Assembly: GCF_036321535.1 (NCBI RefSeq)
Contig: NC_087446.1
Location: forward strand, 59,272,001 to 59,336,000
Reading direction: 5' to 3'
DNA: 64,000 nt
Source: Camelus dromedarius
Lineage: Eukaryota
The position numbers and the translations under genes are program-made. Below, one piece after another: positions 1 to 13,050 of the stretch. The notes beneath the pieces are model-generated. The model saw only the letters and a list, made by a program, of their open reading frames with translations, had not been told where the DNA came from and did not search any database. Within the stretch, counting starts at the first letter, position 1, and every line of letters starts with the position of its first letter.

Positions 1-1282
1 TATGTGCCAATAACATAATAGAGGTGTCTGAGTTTACAAATATACTCAGTTACTCCCAAGAAACAACTTCATGGACTTCGATCAGACCTATATAAATGTA
101 GGTCCATTATCACTTCTGGACAAGTAGTCATTAATCTGAGGGCTCAATTTAAACAAATGATCCTTGCCAACAGAAGATTCTGGCAACAGGGCCCTGATTA
201 AGTGCTAATTTTTCTTCTTTATTACGAGATACTGGCTGGCTGTATGTTTGCTTTAAATCTTGAGAATTTTGAGAGGGAAGCGAACCTTTGTCATAAGCGC
301 ACGGCCTGCCCCCTAATTATTCACACTCAGGAAAAGAGACGCTTTGCGCTGGCTTGGTTTGGAAACTCCTGGTGGTCAGGAACTGTTTCCTGAGCTGCTT
401 AGTGAGCTGTGAATCATCTGATTTACCATCAGGCGCATGTGTGCTGGGGGGTTGTGTTCAGGAGAAGCTGCCTGGTGCTGGATATGGCTTACCGGTTTCT
501 GAGTCAGCGACCACCCTTGGTGTAGGATGGTCCACAGTGATGCCAGGTGGTGCAGCCCGGGACAGACGTGCCCTTCCCTCCACAGCCAAGGTAGCCAGCC
601 ACGGGGGCATGGGCACTAACGACTTGATGCACGCCAGTTGCTCAGTGTTTTCAAAAGCAGCCATCTCAACACCTAGGGGATCGTGAGGCACTAGGAAAGA
701 AGCAGATGGTGGGCGGATTTCCACTTCAAGCAAAAATGAACTGGTGGCATGCAGATGCCATGCAAAGCAATATGCAAACTATCACCCATTGTATTTGAGT
801 CATCCGCTCTGCTCAGCAGGGCTCTGATCCTTCGGTTTAAGAAGATGCTTCAACTCCATTTTGGAAGATTATTTCCCTTTATTTCTAGAGTGCTAGGCAC
901 TGAGGAGGCCAAGCTGTTACCACTTATTTCAAACAATGTCTAAAGATTTGGCAACTGAGACTAGATAAACCCATTCAGAGTAAAGAGAACTGTTTAGGAT
1001 TTGTTAAGTTCATGATTCCACGCTTGCCAGATTTAAGTAACAGCAGGAATAAGACAGCTAATAAGTGCGAGGCACATGTTAAATACTGTAACAGGGAATC
1101 ATACTTAGTTCTGTCAGCAGTTCAGTGAGAAGTAGGCATTGTAGCAGCACAGTGAAGGGCAGGGTCCCACAGCCACTGCAGGGCTGGGCTGCCATCCCAC
1201 CCAAGACTGGAAATCCGAGCCCCACGTTCTCAGTCACAGTGCCGTCCCCTGGGATGTCCCACCCAGGCTAAGACTCGCAGGG

Positions 1283-1410
1283 TGTTTTTGTTTTTCACAT
1301 TTTAACATCTCTAAAATCACTAGTTTCTAATTGACATTTTCTTTCCTATTTGGATGTAAAATGCTGACACATCTTACAATCAATGGCATCTTTAATTTCA
1401 CCTAAAACGG
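1283..1410 (+). mobile_element. MER104-like Tc2 MITE
   Basis: tttcacattttaacatctctaaaatc...catcttacaatcaatggcatcttt...aaaacgg. Confidence 0.5.
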
Positions 1411-2715
1411 GTTTTGGGGTGCAGCTGAATGGATGGGTGCACTTAGAAGCCATTTTGAATGCATTGCTGTCATGAAGCATAGTAGCTTTGGGGGGCCCGG
1501 TTCACTCATTTATGATCTAGGGGGTGCTGCTTCCTCAAACGCAGGGCCGCCACCCCCTTCCCAAGGTCCCAAGGTCCCAAGGTTCTCTGCGGACATTTGA
1601 AATTTTGTGTTTTCATGTTGATGATAAAGTAACAGTGTTTTCTGGGTGATAACTGCCCCCCCCATTTTGTTGTGGGTACAGTTTCTCTGTCAGCAAGGAT
1701 CTTGCAGACTTTTTCAAGATGAGTCATAGGCTCTGAGGAGTATGAGGTCATCTTTGTGATCTTGAAGGTCCTCCTTGGAAAAGATTGAGAAGGTTGAATG
1801 TGTCCACGAAGCAGCTGTGTTAACAGGTGGCCCAGGAATCATCCTAAAAACAAAGCCAGTATGTCCAGCCAAGATGATTTCCTTTCTTATCTCTTTCCTT
1901 CATTTTTAATTTTGCAGAATTAGCTTCATTTATGTTGAAGTTTTCCATGTGCATTCAGAAGTGAATTCCTCTGGCAAGTCGAAATTTTCTTGAGTACAGG
2001 AGTTAGGTATAAAAACAACTTAGATCTCTTGATTTTAAAACCAGTGACACATCTGCCGTATCTTCTCTCTCAGGCTTCTCCCCTTTGCTAGGAATAAGGT
2101 GCTGAAACTATGTTACTGCCTCCAACCCAAGGGAATGCAAAGAACTATTCATTTCTGAACTGTCTTTCCTTTTGATGTTCATGGACGCCAGTGGCCAGTA
2201 CAGAACCTTCCTGAAACTGCTTGTTGCTAGAAAGTGGTTCATCTGCCCACATCTGCCAGGGAGCTCTTGCTTTGATAGTAGCCTTCCTCTGAGTTCAGAA
2301 ATAGATTTGATCTCCTTCCATCAACTTCATTAAGTTCACCACAGCTCTCATTTTCTTTGACAAATGTCTAAAAAATAGGAAAACACAGTTAACCACCATT
2401 GTCTACTATGAAAGATGAATTGTTTGGACCTTTTTTTCTGCATCACCCCCCCCCCCCTTACATAACCCCTTAGCTATCCCTGTAACCTATAGAAGGGATT
2501 AGCAGAAAGAAAATGCAACTATCAGATGATCATAAATATGTATCTGCAAAGGCATGGAGACCACGTGATGGCTCAAATCAGTCTTTGCTCTCCCTGTCAA
2601 ACCGCTCACTGTCTACGCAGAGGGCACCGGAGGCCCTTCTCTCGCTGGAGTTCCTCCTTGTCTCTTCCCTTGGGATTTTTTTGCCACCTTCCCCTGGTCA
2701 CCCTTTGCGCTAAGT

Positions 2716-2891
2716 CAGTGGTTCTCAAAGTGTCGTCCCTAAACCAGCAGCAGTGGCAACTGTCAACGAGAAAAGGAAATTCTATGGCTCCACCCCTGAC
2801 CTACTAAACAGAACCCCGGGGGTGGGGCCCAGCGCTCTGTGTTAGTTAGCATAAGCCCTACAGGTGATTCAGCCTTGAGGAAGAACTACTC
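2716..2891 (+). mobile_element. MER5A (hAT-Charlie MITE)
   Basis: cagtggttctcaaagtg...ccacccctgacctactaaacagaaccccgggggtggggcccagc...caggtgattc...gaactactc. Confidence 0.85.
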
Positions 2892-3639
2892 TTTAAAGTC
2901 TACCACTGGGCATCTGAGGGAGTGGGGAAGGAGCCTGTGTGTCCTCAGGGTATAAAAATTACAGCTCTTCCCGGCCTGAGGCTAAAGCATCAAACTTGGA
3001 ACCCTGTCAGCATCTAGCTGCCTCGGCTGCAGCCCCGTACCGCATGCCGGGGGCGCTTCTGTGGCAGTGTTTCACCCCTGATGCTCTGCAGTGTGGCTGC
3101 CTGAGGTGGGGGGGCCCCGCCTGCTCCTCTGTCGGTGGATTCCTTCTTGCCAGAATGATATTCTGGGATACAGGTCCTTTTCTTCGAGAAGTGGAAGTTG
3201 GGGTAAGGATTTCTTGCATGATATAGTTCATCTCAGACTCCTGCTGACTACGGGGTGGCTCTGAAACCCACTCCATCCCACCCTACACTAGGCTAGGATT
3301 CCCTTACCTGAAATAGATCAGACATGCCCCCCAGAAGTGTGGACTTCTGGTCTCTTTTCATTGGGCCTTTGGCTGTGGTTCCCCATCCCAACCAGGGATG
3401 CGCTTAACAACTTCACTGTGCTCCTAGGGGCTGGGAAGTCTCGTGGAGTTTGTAGAAGTGGAGCATTTGCAGCTACAAACGTTGGCATGAGATGACTGTG
3501 GTTAGGACAGTGGCCTTATCTATCCCTGGCTGCCAAGAAGGGAAACAGTGGGGCAGTGACAGGAAGGAACTTCCTGGTGGCCAACCTAAGGCTTTATCTT
3601 TGGGCCACTCTAACCTCCACCATGATTTCCAAGAAATAA

Positions 3640-4330
3640 TCATCTAATTTGCTGATGATGTGAAACCAACATGAAATAAGATTCAGAAAGACCTCTCATG
3701 CCTGGGAAGGTGGGCCAGACTTAACTAGGTGAAGTTTAACAGTAGTCAAGGTAGAGTGTAATTAATACCTGTTGAACAGGGTCGGGTGGGAAACTAGCAC
3801 AGTCGGGGAACAAAGCTTATCAGTGGTTTCAGCTTATCCATGGTTAAAAACACATTTAAAAATGTATTTAAGCGGATAGTGAATTCAACCTGGTCAGTAG
3901 TGTGATGTAAACACCAGAACCTAATGTAACCATAGGCTGTAGCCTTTGAAGAATAAGGCAGATGACAGCTAGGGATTGGGGTTGCCTTACTTGGCGCTGA
4001 GCACGGGTTCTAGTTACCAGGGCTTTACATGAATAACCTTACTCATCCTCACACCAACCCTTTTGGGGGAAGTGTTACTATTAATGTCATTTTGCACATG
4101 AAATCCCTTTCTAGGTGACACAATCCAACCAGGGCATGAAAGAACAGGAACCCTCCAAAGAGGAATCCAAGTGGTGAAGGAGTTTGGAACCACGTTTGAG
4201 GGATGAGGAAAATTTAATGAACCGGAGTTTTTTCAGCCATGTGAAAGGGCAACTTGTGTGGCTATAAAAAAGGTCTTTAGGTGTTTGTCAGATGTTGGGG
4301 AGAGCGGTAAGGCTTGCTCTCCGTGAGTCT
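3640..4330 (+). mobile_element. CR1/L3 LINE fossil, interrupted by a MIR
   Basis: RT motif TTT GCT GAT GAT (FADD, 3648-3659), then aagattcagaaagacc...gtagtgtgatg...aggctgtagc...gtggtgaaggagtttggaaccac, matching CR1 RT 3' sequence as I recall it. Confidence 0.6.
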
Positions 4331-4369
4331 GGGAATGAGGTGACAGCCACTGGAGGACGGGGTGGTGGT

Positions 4370-4570
4370 TAACAGCGGGGACTCAGACCGCCTGGGGTGG
4401 ACCTGGCTCTGCCACTTCTAGTTATATTTGACCTTGGGCTGGTCTCATGTTTTTCATGCCTCCATTTTGTAATCTGTAACTGGAGGTGGGGGTTAGATGC
4501 GCAGATGAGTGGGAAGCTCTCAGCACAGGACGGGGCCACAGGAGCTGCTCATTCATAGTGAGCTGCTGGC
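4370..4570 (+). mobile_element. MIR SINE
   Basis: cctggctctgccacttctag...gaccttgggc...atctgtaactggagg. Confidence 0.65.
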
Positions 4571-4869
4571 TTTGTCATGGTAATTGGCAGGAGCTCAGTG
4601 AGAGATGACCAGAGATGCAGTGGCTGCCCCAGAAGACGGTGCGTTCTCTCTTAAGGAAGGTATTTGTGCATCGCTGTGTAACCTAGCAAGAATATTGGAC
4701 TAAGTAATTTGATTTTTCACGGTCTGCATTAAGCACTAGGTTTCTATGACTTTAGGAGGATCTAAAAAATACTGTGACTGTTTTCATTTTTCCTTCTTTT
4801 TTGTAACAGTTTAATCTCACACTTTGTGGAAGGAAGGGGGCAAATGTTTGCTGTTATATGATGTTCTGT

Positions 4870-5150
4870 CAGATAGCCTGAGTGTGGAAACAATAGACCC
4901 CGAAATTCACTAGCCTAGAGAAGCAGTGGCTTTGTCTCCTCTTGGTGTCGGAGACCTGGGATGAAGGAGGCTCTGTCATCTTGAAGTCTTGGCTCCAAGG
5001 TTCCTGGGGGCATCTCCCCCGCAGGAGCATGGAGGGACCACTCAAGGAAGGTTAGAAGGGGTGCACATCACATCTGCATGCTTTCCATTGGCTAGAATTC
5101 AAGTCCATGGCCGACCTGAGGAGCAGGTCTGCTGGGAAATGTAGCAGCGT
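4870..5150. mobile_element. MLT1J/K-like LTR
   Basis: catcacatctgcatgctttccattggctagaattcaagtccatggcc...gctgggaaatgtag. Confidence 0.65.
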
Positions 5151-5954
5151 ATAAGTTATGTCTTCAGGCGCAAGGGAATTTATTTTGAGCAACATCTGGC
5201 AGTTCCAGCCACCATTGGGCATTGAGAAGGGAACTCATGTTAGGTTCCATAAGTGATGGTGTCTGTATTTCTTGTTACATTTTTTTCCCCATGGAGCTGA
5301 TGACATACAGCTTCGGTGCCATTATCTTCAGAGCCCAAACACCAGTGACCTCTTCTGTTACTTTAATTTTATCACTGTCAGATTTAGAAGAGATGCTGTA
5401 AGTTCAGCTTAAATTATCAGACAGTGAAGAAATAGCTGTCTCTCTGTGATCCCCTTTCATCTTGGAGAAGAACATATTTGAATAATGGAGAAGCCTGCAA
5501 GTGAACAGTATAAAATATTTGTCTTTAGAAAGTTCATCACAGAACACAATCCTCATTTCGTGCTAAAAAAGAAAGATGATATCACCCAGGTAGGACATGA
5601 TGGTACTGATGTTTTAATACCTTCTGTTCTTTGAGATTACTTTTACATTGTCGCAGTTATGCTGTCGAGGTTTTTAAGTGACATACCAATTCAGTTGAGT
5701 AGCTGAGCCTCTTTTCTGCTCTCAGACTGCAGCTCTTTGGTGTGGGTCTTATTTGAGCACATTTCCTTTCCTTGATGTCACCCTTAACAGAGTCGAAATA
5801 ATGACTATGATGGATCCGTAATAAATATGTCTCAATCCATCTTCAGTTATTTATGCTTAACTTGTACAATTCCTCGTGCATGTAGTATACAGTCAGAGCC
5901 CCGAAGTAAAGATATGGTAAAAGTGAAGGGAAATGCCACGGGAGGAGCAGGCTG

Positions 5955-6060
5955 CAACAAATATTTGGGTGCCTGCATGCGCCAGGCACGAGCTGGGGAA
6001 ACGAGGTGAATGGGGCAGGCAAGGTCCTCAGGGCGCTTACGGTTGCGGGTGGAGGACGGG
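5955..6060 (-). mobile_element. L2 3' end
   Basis: caacaaatatttgggtgcctgcatgcgccaggcac. Confidence 0.6.
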
Positions 6061-6689
6061 TGGTCAAGCCTCCGTGTGCAGCGCGGTGTGAAGGGCAAGA
6101 GCAGGTGTTCCCGGGGCTGCCCCCCCCCCCCCCCCGCTTTAAGGAGTGGAGGCTGCCTTGGTTGAACGGGGGGCGCTCCGGCATACATGGGGTTGTGCTA
6201 TTTGACTTCGAGGATGACTGTGACATGACGGTCCACCGCATCCACAATTATATGGTTGTCAGATGGTTAGTTGGCCCCAGGGAGTGAACTGGACAAGGTG
6301 GGCAGTTAATCTTCAGCTTTGCCCTGGCTTGTGTGAGCAGGTGAACAAACTCCTCAGGGTGAGAGGTGGTTTAGCCGTTCGTGCCAAGAAGGGAGGAAGG
6401 GAAGTGTCAGCGCCTGGAAATGAGCTGGTGTCCTGGCAATATTGCGTGGTGAAGGGGGATGAGCCTGTGATGCGGGGGTTGGCCGGAGCGAGACTTCACC
6501 CCAACAGGTAACATCTCTGCTCTCCCATCATGGAAGGGGCCGGTTCCCACTCTTCCGGACCCCATGCAGGTCAGAGATACTGAGTGTGGGGCACGTGGAC
6601 AGAGTATGGCAGGTGGTGATTCTTTAATTCACCAAATCTGTATTGCACCCCAGCCTCACTGTCCTTGGCATAAGCCAAACCCCCTGCCC

Positions 6690-7030
6690 TCACGAAGCTT
6701 ACAGACCAGTCGGCCACACAGGTAAAAAGCAAGGCGAGTGAGGGAAATGCTGAGGACTGCAGATGATGATGATGGCTACAGAGAAAAACAGGACAAGGGA
6801 GGGGCTCAGTGGTCCCAGGCGGGCTTGCAGTTTCAGATGGAACCAAAAAAAGCATCGCTGGGGAGGCGGCCTTTGAGTAAAGGTTTGAAGGAAGTGTAAG
6901 GCACCAGCCGGAAAGACACCTAGGGGAATGCATATGGCAGACAAAACAGCAAAGGCCTTGGCCAGGAACATGCCGTTTAGAGTTGAGGACTGGAGAGAAA
7001 TGGACGGAGCAAGGGGACGGGTAGGAGAGA
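6690..7030 (-). mobile_element. L2 fragment
   Basis: gaagcttacagacc...ctttgagtaaaggtttgaagga...aacagcaaaggcc. Confidence 0.6.
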
Positions 7031-7579
7031 GGCCGGGGGGGGGGGGGTCGGGGCCCTCCCAGTAGCAGCTGGTGCTGCTGCCACGATGGCCATGGCCACG
7101 GGGTCTTTGCACAGGTGCCCCTCTCATTGAACTCTTCAAATACCTGAGCCATCTCCCCAGCTCTAGCTTTAAAGCCTCCATTCATTCCATCATGCACGTG
7201 AAGCCCTAAGCGATTCTGTAAATTCATAAACAGCTGGAGCCACACAAGCCCCTTAAAGACCATCTTCCAGAGCGGTCTACACAGCTCTTAAAAAGAAAAA
7301 GCAGTGGAACCATTGCTTGCCTGTTTTCTGGTAGACTCTTACACAGGTTCCCAATACATGGAAACAGGTGAATGTGGGGGCCGTTCCGACGGACCCCTGG
7401 AACCAGGCTGAGTGCTCACACGAGCTCCCCTTCCCAGGGTGGTGCTGGGGGCTGCTCTGTGGGGCCCGAAAGCCACCTGAAATAGGCCTGAAGGTTGATG
7501 ACCTGGACCAAAGATGCCAGACTTGCTTGCACATGTGACTCACCTGGGGGATTCCCCCCCCCTTTAATTTGCTTTTCTT

Positions 7580-7740
7580 TTAACAGTTTATTATGAAAAT
7601 TTCAAAACATACAGAAAAGTTGAGAGACTCACAGTGCGCTCCTATATACCTGCTACTTAAAGTCTGCAGTTACTGTCATAACATTTTGCTTGCATATCTG
7701 TACATCTGCCTGTCTCTCTGTTGATTCAATGCGGACATCT
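7580..7740 (-). mobile_element. Old LINE-1 3' end fragment
   Basis: gtttattatgaaaatttcaaaacatacagaaaagttgagag. Confidence 0.6.
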
Positions 7741-7779
7741 GTGTACCCACTTGGGGGATTTTTTTTTAATTAAATATTT

Positions 7780-7895
7780 TCAGGCCTCTATTCTCAGGCT
7801 TACTAAATCAGGATCATTGATGGTGGGGCTGGAGTCTTTATTTCAAAAGGACTCCCGTTGATTCTGGTGTAACCATGATGGAAACCACTGGTCTA
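7780..7895 (+). mobile_element. MER5-family MITE fragment
   Basis: ctcaggcttactaaatcaggatc...ggtggggctggag...ctcccgttgattctg...gaaaccactggtctag. Confidence 0.6.
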
Positions 7896-7914
7896 GTCTA
7901 AATCTTTGTTTCTG

Positions 7915-8000
7915 ATACGGAAAGTGAGGCCCAGAGAAACTGCCTTTCTCAAGTTCCCACGGGTAGCTGGTGGCAGGGATAGAATTAGAACCCAGGTTCT
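7915..8000 (-). mobile_element. MIR SINE
   Basis: ggaaagtgaggcccagaga...gaattagaacccaggtt. Confidence 0.7.
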
Positions 8001-8949
8001 TTGGGGTCCTGCCTCCTCCCTTCCAAGATTTTGCTGTCTCTGCTCAGCAACTTAAGCCCTTTCTAAAATCAAATAATATTCTCACCCTACTGTAGCAGTT
8101 TGCTGAGCCACTGTGATCTGGGGAGTCGTGAGGAATGCTTCGTTTTCTCATTGGTTGAAATTTTCAAGCATCCTTGAGATGAAAGAGTGTTAAGTGTGGA
8201 GCCCTGAAGCACAGGATGAAGGTCTCCAGAGTGCAGGTGTCTGATGTCACCCTGGGTTTCCTCAGTGAGACAGCAGGAGAAAGAGGGCTGGACTGGGAGC
8301 CCAGAGACACGGCGAGAAATCCAGCCCGGTCCCACGCTGAAACAGCTGAAAATTCACGTCCCTCTCTCAGCCTCACTTACCTGCTTTGAAAACAAGCAGT
8401 TAAAAAGACCTTGTTAGCTGATCACAAAGATGTCTTCCAGCTCTGAAACTGAGTGGCCGTGAAATGAGCATCCAGCCAGATGACCTGGCCAGTCCGCTCC
8501 CTGCACTCCTGAGGCCCTGGTCGATGTTCTTCCCCTGTCTTCCTGGCCTAGATGTCAGAAGACAGATGAGACGCCTCAAAGTAGCTTTCGCGTTGCCACC
8601 TCTGCCAGCCCTGACGGGGCCCCCAGAACCACCCTGCAGGGCTTTCCCAGGGTCCCGGGCTCCTAGTGGCTTCCAGACTGCCCTGTGCTGACCTCCACTT
8701 CCTTCAGGCCCCGGGGGCCCTGATTTGCTGGTTCCAGCACTGTGTCTGCCACCCAGATACTGACTGAGCATTTTCCAAAGCTTAGCGTGTCTGACTGAAC
8801 CAGCAGCTCCCAGGTTGGCGGAAGCATGCAGGTCTGGGTGGTGGGCACAGCCCTTCCCTTAGTATTGCCTCGTGCCCTCCACACGAGCAGCAGGCTCTCC
8901 TCTGCCCTTTGGTTGTGATTACTGCCCTCCCTGGGTGCCACCCACTCCT

Positions 8950-9195
8950 GCTTGACCGCTACCACCACCATTACCGTTGTAATTAACATTACTACCGTTC
9001 TCGCCACGGTTACTGTTACCACCGCTAGGAGTCCTGCTGTGACCAGTACCACCCGTGTTACTACTAGTACAATGTAACCACCAGGAGCGCCGCCACCATT
9101 AACACTGCCACCGCTAAGACTAGTCCTACCACCCCCACACCACCACCACTGCTGGTAGCGCTGCGCCTCCCACCGCCGCCGCTGTTGCTGCCCAC
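8950..9195. repeat. Degenerate trinucleotide low-complexity tract (ACC/ACT/GCC/GCT)
   Basis: accgctaccaccaccattaccgtt...accaccaccactgct...ccgccgccgctgttgct. Confidence 0.8.
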
Positions 9196-9894
9196 CCATC
9201 TCTCAGCCCGTGGAGTTTCCGGTCTCCACCCTCTACGCTCCCCACCGGTCCAGGTTCCCTTTGACTCCTCCCTCTGGTCCCCACCCCCCACCAAGGGAAG
9301 CAGTTTTCTTGAATCCTGCCTTAGGGAGTTCCCTGCCTCGCTTCCCCTTCCTCCTGAGGGAGCGGGAGGTTTTCTTCTTGGTCACAACTCGGTGTGGTTT
9401 GGATTCAGGCTCTGATTCAGGCCAGCTCTGCGCCTCCAACAGGTGGCGCTGCTGTTGGACTCAGCTATTGTGTGAATTGTGTGAATTTATGTGGGTTATG
9501 GAAAAAAAAAAAGATAATGTGAAATTTAAAGTTAGGTATAAATCTAAAATAAGATTTCCAGGGCGTGGCTAAGGCAGACCCGTACCTAAAGGGCACGTGT
9601 GGGACTCTGGGCAGAGGAAGATTCAGGACACAGAGTGGCGTGGCGTTCAACGTGTGCTCTGGGAACTCCCGCGGGCCTGAGTTGGGATTGTTACAGCTGC
9701 GCAGCTTACCCCCTGACTTTGGGCAAAGTACAGGATCCCGCTCAGATGAAGTTTGCTCGTCTATGTGATTAAAATAATAACAGCCTCCCTTGTGGAACCA
9801 TTAGATTGCTTGAGCAAGTGCCTGTAAGGCATTCATCTCCTGTGCCTGGTATTAAAATAGAAAAGCCGGAAACGCTAGATGTTGGTGAAGATGG

Positions 9895-10060
9895 CAGGGT
9901 TCAGAGCCAGGCAGCCTGGGTTTGAATTCAAGCTCTGTCACTTACTGTGTGACCTTGAGCAAGTTCCTTAACCATCCTGTGTGTGAGTTACCTCATCTGT
10001 AAAATAGGGGTCATAACAATCTCTCAGAGAGTCCTGTGAAGATTAAATTAATTAATTCAA
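9895..10060 (+). mobile_element. MIR SINE
   Basis: ctgggtttgaattcaagctctgtcacttactgtgtgaccttgagcaagtt...ctcatctgtaaaatagggg. Confidence 0.85.
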
Positions 10061-11444
10061 TAAAAAAAAATTGGCATGTCCACTGTTTTCCAGGCACTAT
10101 TCCAGGAACTAGGGACTTAGTTACTGATAGAGCCTCTTGGAGCTTGCATTTTAGTTGTGGGTGGAGCTGGGGGAGACTGATAATCAATAAAGTAACAAAA
10201 TGTTGGAAGTGTTTAGACAAGTGCCTGTCTGCCAAATGGAAAGCATTTAATGAATGTTAGTTATTAGTATTGATTTTCAATATATTATTATTGCAATTAC
10301 TGCTGATACTACAAATAGAGTTTGCCACTTTAATATAGCTTCATTTATATTTTTTAAAAAGATGCAAGGTAAGATACATTTTGCATTGCATTATAGATGA
10401 CTTGAATGTGAAAGGGCTGTGTTAACTTTTGGGCTGCTGTACAAGTGTGTGTTATGGACTTTTTGGATAGCATCCCTGAGCTGTTTTAGGATCCCAGTGT
10501 GGAGTACAACTTAGCCAACCCTGCCGCCAGGTATCAGCTCTGGACTCCAGAATTCTGTTCTTACCAGATTAGATCTGGACAGCAGTTCGAGTCAGCGTCC
10601 TCTCTGAGACACCGTGCAGTGTGGGCTGAGGGCCTGTATAGTTTACAGTTATACTTTAGGTACTTTGGGGGCGCACTAGACAGCCTCTGATATCCTTTCC
10701 AGCTCTCAAGTTTGGGGATTTTTTTTTTACCCTAGTGTTTTGGGCAAGCAGTGGTTGTCTCTAAGTAACGCAGAAAAAGTCCTTTTTCAGCAAAGCCCTT
10801 GAAAAAGCCTCCAAGCTCTCAGGCATTTGACAAACACACACTTTTTTTACTTGTTAGACTTAGCTGTAAAGTCAAGGTCATGCTTCCCAGGGAGCTCAGC
10901 AGCAGAGAAGCCCTCACGTGCCCTCAACCACCCTGCTAGACCCCAAGCCTGCCAGACTCTCTGCCCCTGGCTGTGCTTGGTGCCCAGCACTTGGCCCCTT
11001 GCTTTTCTCTTCCAGGCAATAAAGAGGCTTTTGAGGTTGCAGAGGAGGAACTCATTCCCTGCCGTGGGCCACTGGGCCTGCCTGCAAAAACTGGATTCAT
11101 GCAATTAATTTTCACACTGATTCAGCTCTCTGCCTGCTCACTGCCCCTCCCACTCCCCCATTTTGGGTCTCTTCTGTGTCACAGTTTGTGTATTGTTTTT
11201 TTCCCTCCTGTCTTGTTCTTTGTGAATTGGAGCTGGCAGGTCATAGCCATAATTGCCACCAGTATTTCAAGGGCATACGTTCCCTCTTCCAAACGGGCTG
11301 CTCTGGTTCTCAGTGTTAATAGGTCATCTGAAAAATGGCGAGACTGTGTTATGCTTTTTTGCAAACCCTTCATTTAGATAAAATCTTGTAACAAAGGCCC
11401 AGTATATAAAACAGATAAGAACATTTGTGGTAGAACATGCTGTA

Positions 11445-11660
11445 TGGCAATTAATAGCACAGATTCTGGAGACAGCCTAGCTGGGTTCTGGGCCTGGCTC
11501 TACCATAGTGCTGTGTGACCTTGAAAGAAGTTCTCAGCCTCTGTGCCTTTGTTCCCTTAACAGTGAAATGAGGATAATAAAAGAAGATTGGTAGAAGAAT
11601 AGTAAGTGTAAAATGCTAAGTATAGTTCCTAGCACCTAGATAAGTGTTTGTTTTTATCAG
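11445..11660 (+). mobile_element. MIR SINE
   Basis: ctggctctacca...gctgtgtgaccttg...gtgaaatgaggataata. Confidence 0.75.
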
Positions 11661-12639
11661 TATAATAATAATGATAGTTACTGTTGTTCCCATCATCATT
11701 ATCCCCCATAAACAGTCCCTTCAGGTTTTCCGTGGGGTTGTTAAAAACGGTCTTACAGTACTGTGCTTTCAACACTGTACTTTTCATGTGGTGCTTTTGC
11801 CTATAGAAGGCGTTGAATAAATGTCAAATAAAATGGACCCAGCAAACCAGTCTTCATGCTGTGTTCCAGAAGGGATGTTTAATTATTTAGCTTATGAGCA
11901 ACCTCTCAGGCAGGCTGACTTTGTTCAGGCCACAAGACTGGCTGTGTTGGTGACTGGGCAGTGACGCCCTCTCGCGGCTCTGTTTGAAGACTGAGTGCCA
12001 TCTCGTGGAATGCTGCACCTGGCTTCCTGTACGTGTCACGGCCATTGTGACTTGTTGCTTGGAAGGCTGCAGTGTCTTCCACATAGGAACACCCACATGG
12101 TGCGGGTTACCCGTAGAGCCTTTGTGGGTGACAGTGCCACACCAGGAAGAGCTAAATGCTGCCCTTCTGCAGGGCCACTGTGCTTTCTGTAGCAGATACG
12201 TAATTACACCACGACAAAGCATTGATTACTGCTCAACTACATTTCCAGCAGGCAGGCTTCTGGTTGACCTAACATTTCTGTAAGAACTCTCGGGCTTACC
12301 GCCCTGGGGAGGCCTGGCGGCAGCACAGTTGTACACGCGTGTGTGCAGTATGGGTGGGTGAAGATGCACGATGCATTCTGCAAATAAGTATGTCCAGGGT
12401 TCGGCCTCCAAGAAATCAGACAACGGGCTTAAAAAGCCAGACAAACGCCAGCTGTCTTCTCTTTCATCACTTGGTATCTCACAGGAGTCTACACCTTGCC
12501 GCATTTAGCTTCAGGGGTATACCGACTTCCTCCACCAGTGTTCCTGGACCCACGTCCTCCCAAAACAGACTCTACCCATCCTCTCCGCGCTCCCTGTCCT
12601 CATCAGCCCCTTCCTGCTGGCTGCTTCCCCTCTGCCTGC

Positions 12640-12804
12640 AGACATGCTCACAGCTTCCTCGTCTTCCACAGAGTCTTCAGAGGAAGCAAGGCCCCGCCCA
12701 CCTCTTGATTTCAGACTTTTGGCCCCCAGAGCTGTAAGAGAGTAGATTTCTGTTGTTTTAGGCCACCAAGTAGGAGGTAATCTCCGCCATCCTAGAAACA
12801 CACA
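12640..12804 (+). mobile_element. MLT1 (ERVL-MaLR) LTR 3' part
   Basis: cttgatttcagacttttggcccccagagctgtaagagagtagatttctgttgttttaggccacc. Confidence 0.8.
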
Positions 12805-12974
12805 CCACCCTCTCCTCCCCGTTCTGCCGACCGGAGGTTGACAGACCAGGGTGGCCTGAGAAGTGTGTGCCGAAGCAGGCTGGACGCCGGCAGCCTGGTT
12901 CCCCAGGTCGCCCCTGCCCGCCCGGCGCCCCGCGCCCCACACCCCGCACCCCGCACGGTAGGCTGGGTTTCATA

Positions 12975-13050
12975 GGTGAAATTAACACACGGTGTGCTAA
13001 GCCGCTGAGACGTGGAGGGTTTATCTGTTACAGCAGCTAGTGTCCCTTGA
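12975..13050 (+). mobile_element. Second MLT1 LTR end
   Basis: gtgtgctaagccgctgagacgtggagggtttatctgttacagcagc. Confidence 0.55.

Noticed and set aside
6571-7263. 230-aa minus-strand ORF
   Set aside because: Overlaps an L2 fossil and a G-run; no recognisable domain or splice context.
7538-8384. Near-perfect minus-strand splice donors (CAG|GTGAGT at about 7540, CAG|GTAAGT at about 8380) suggesting an antisense lncRNA
   Set aside because: Isolated 9-mers are expected by chance in 64 kb on two strands; no paired acceptor or promoter was identified.
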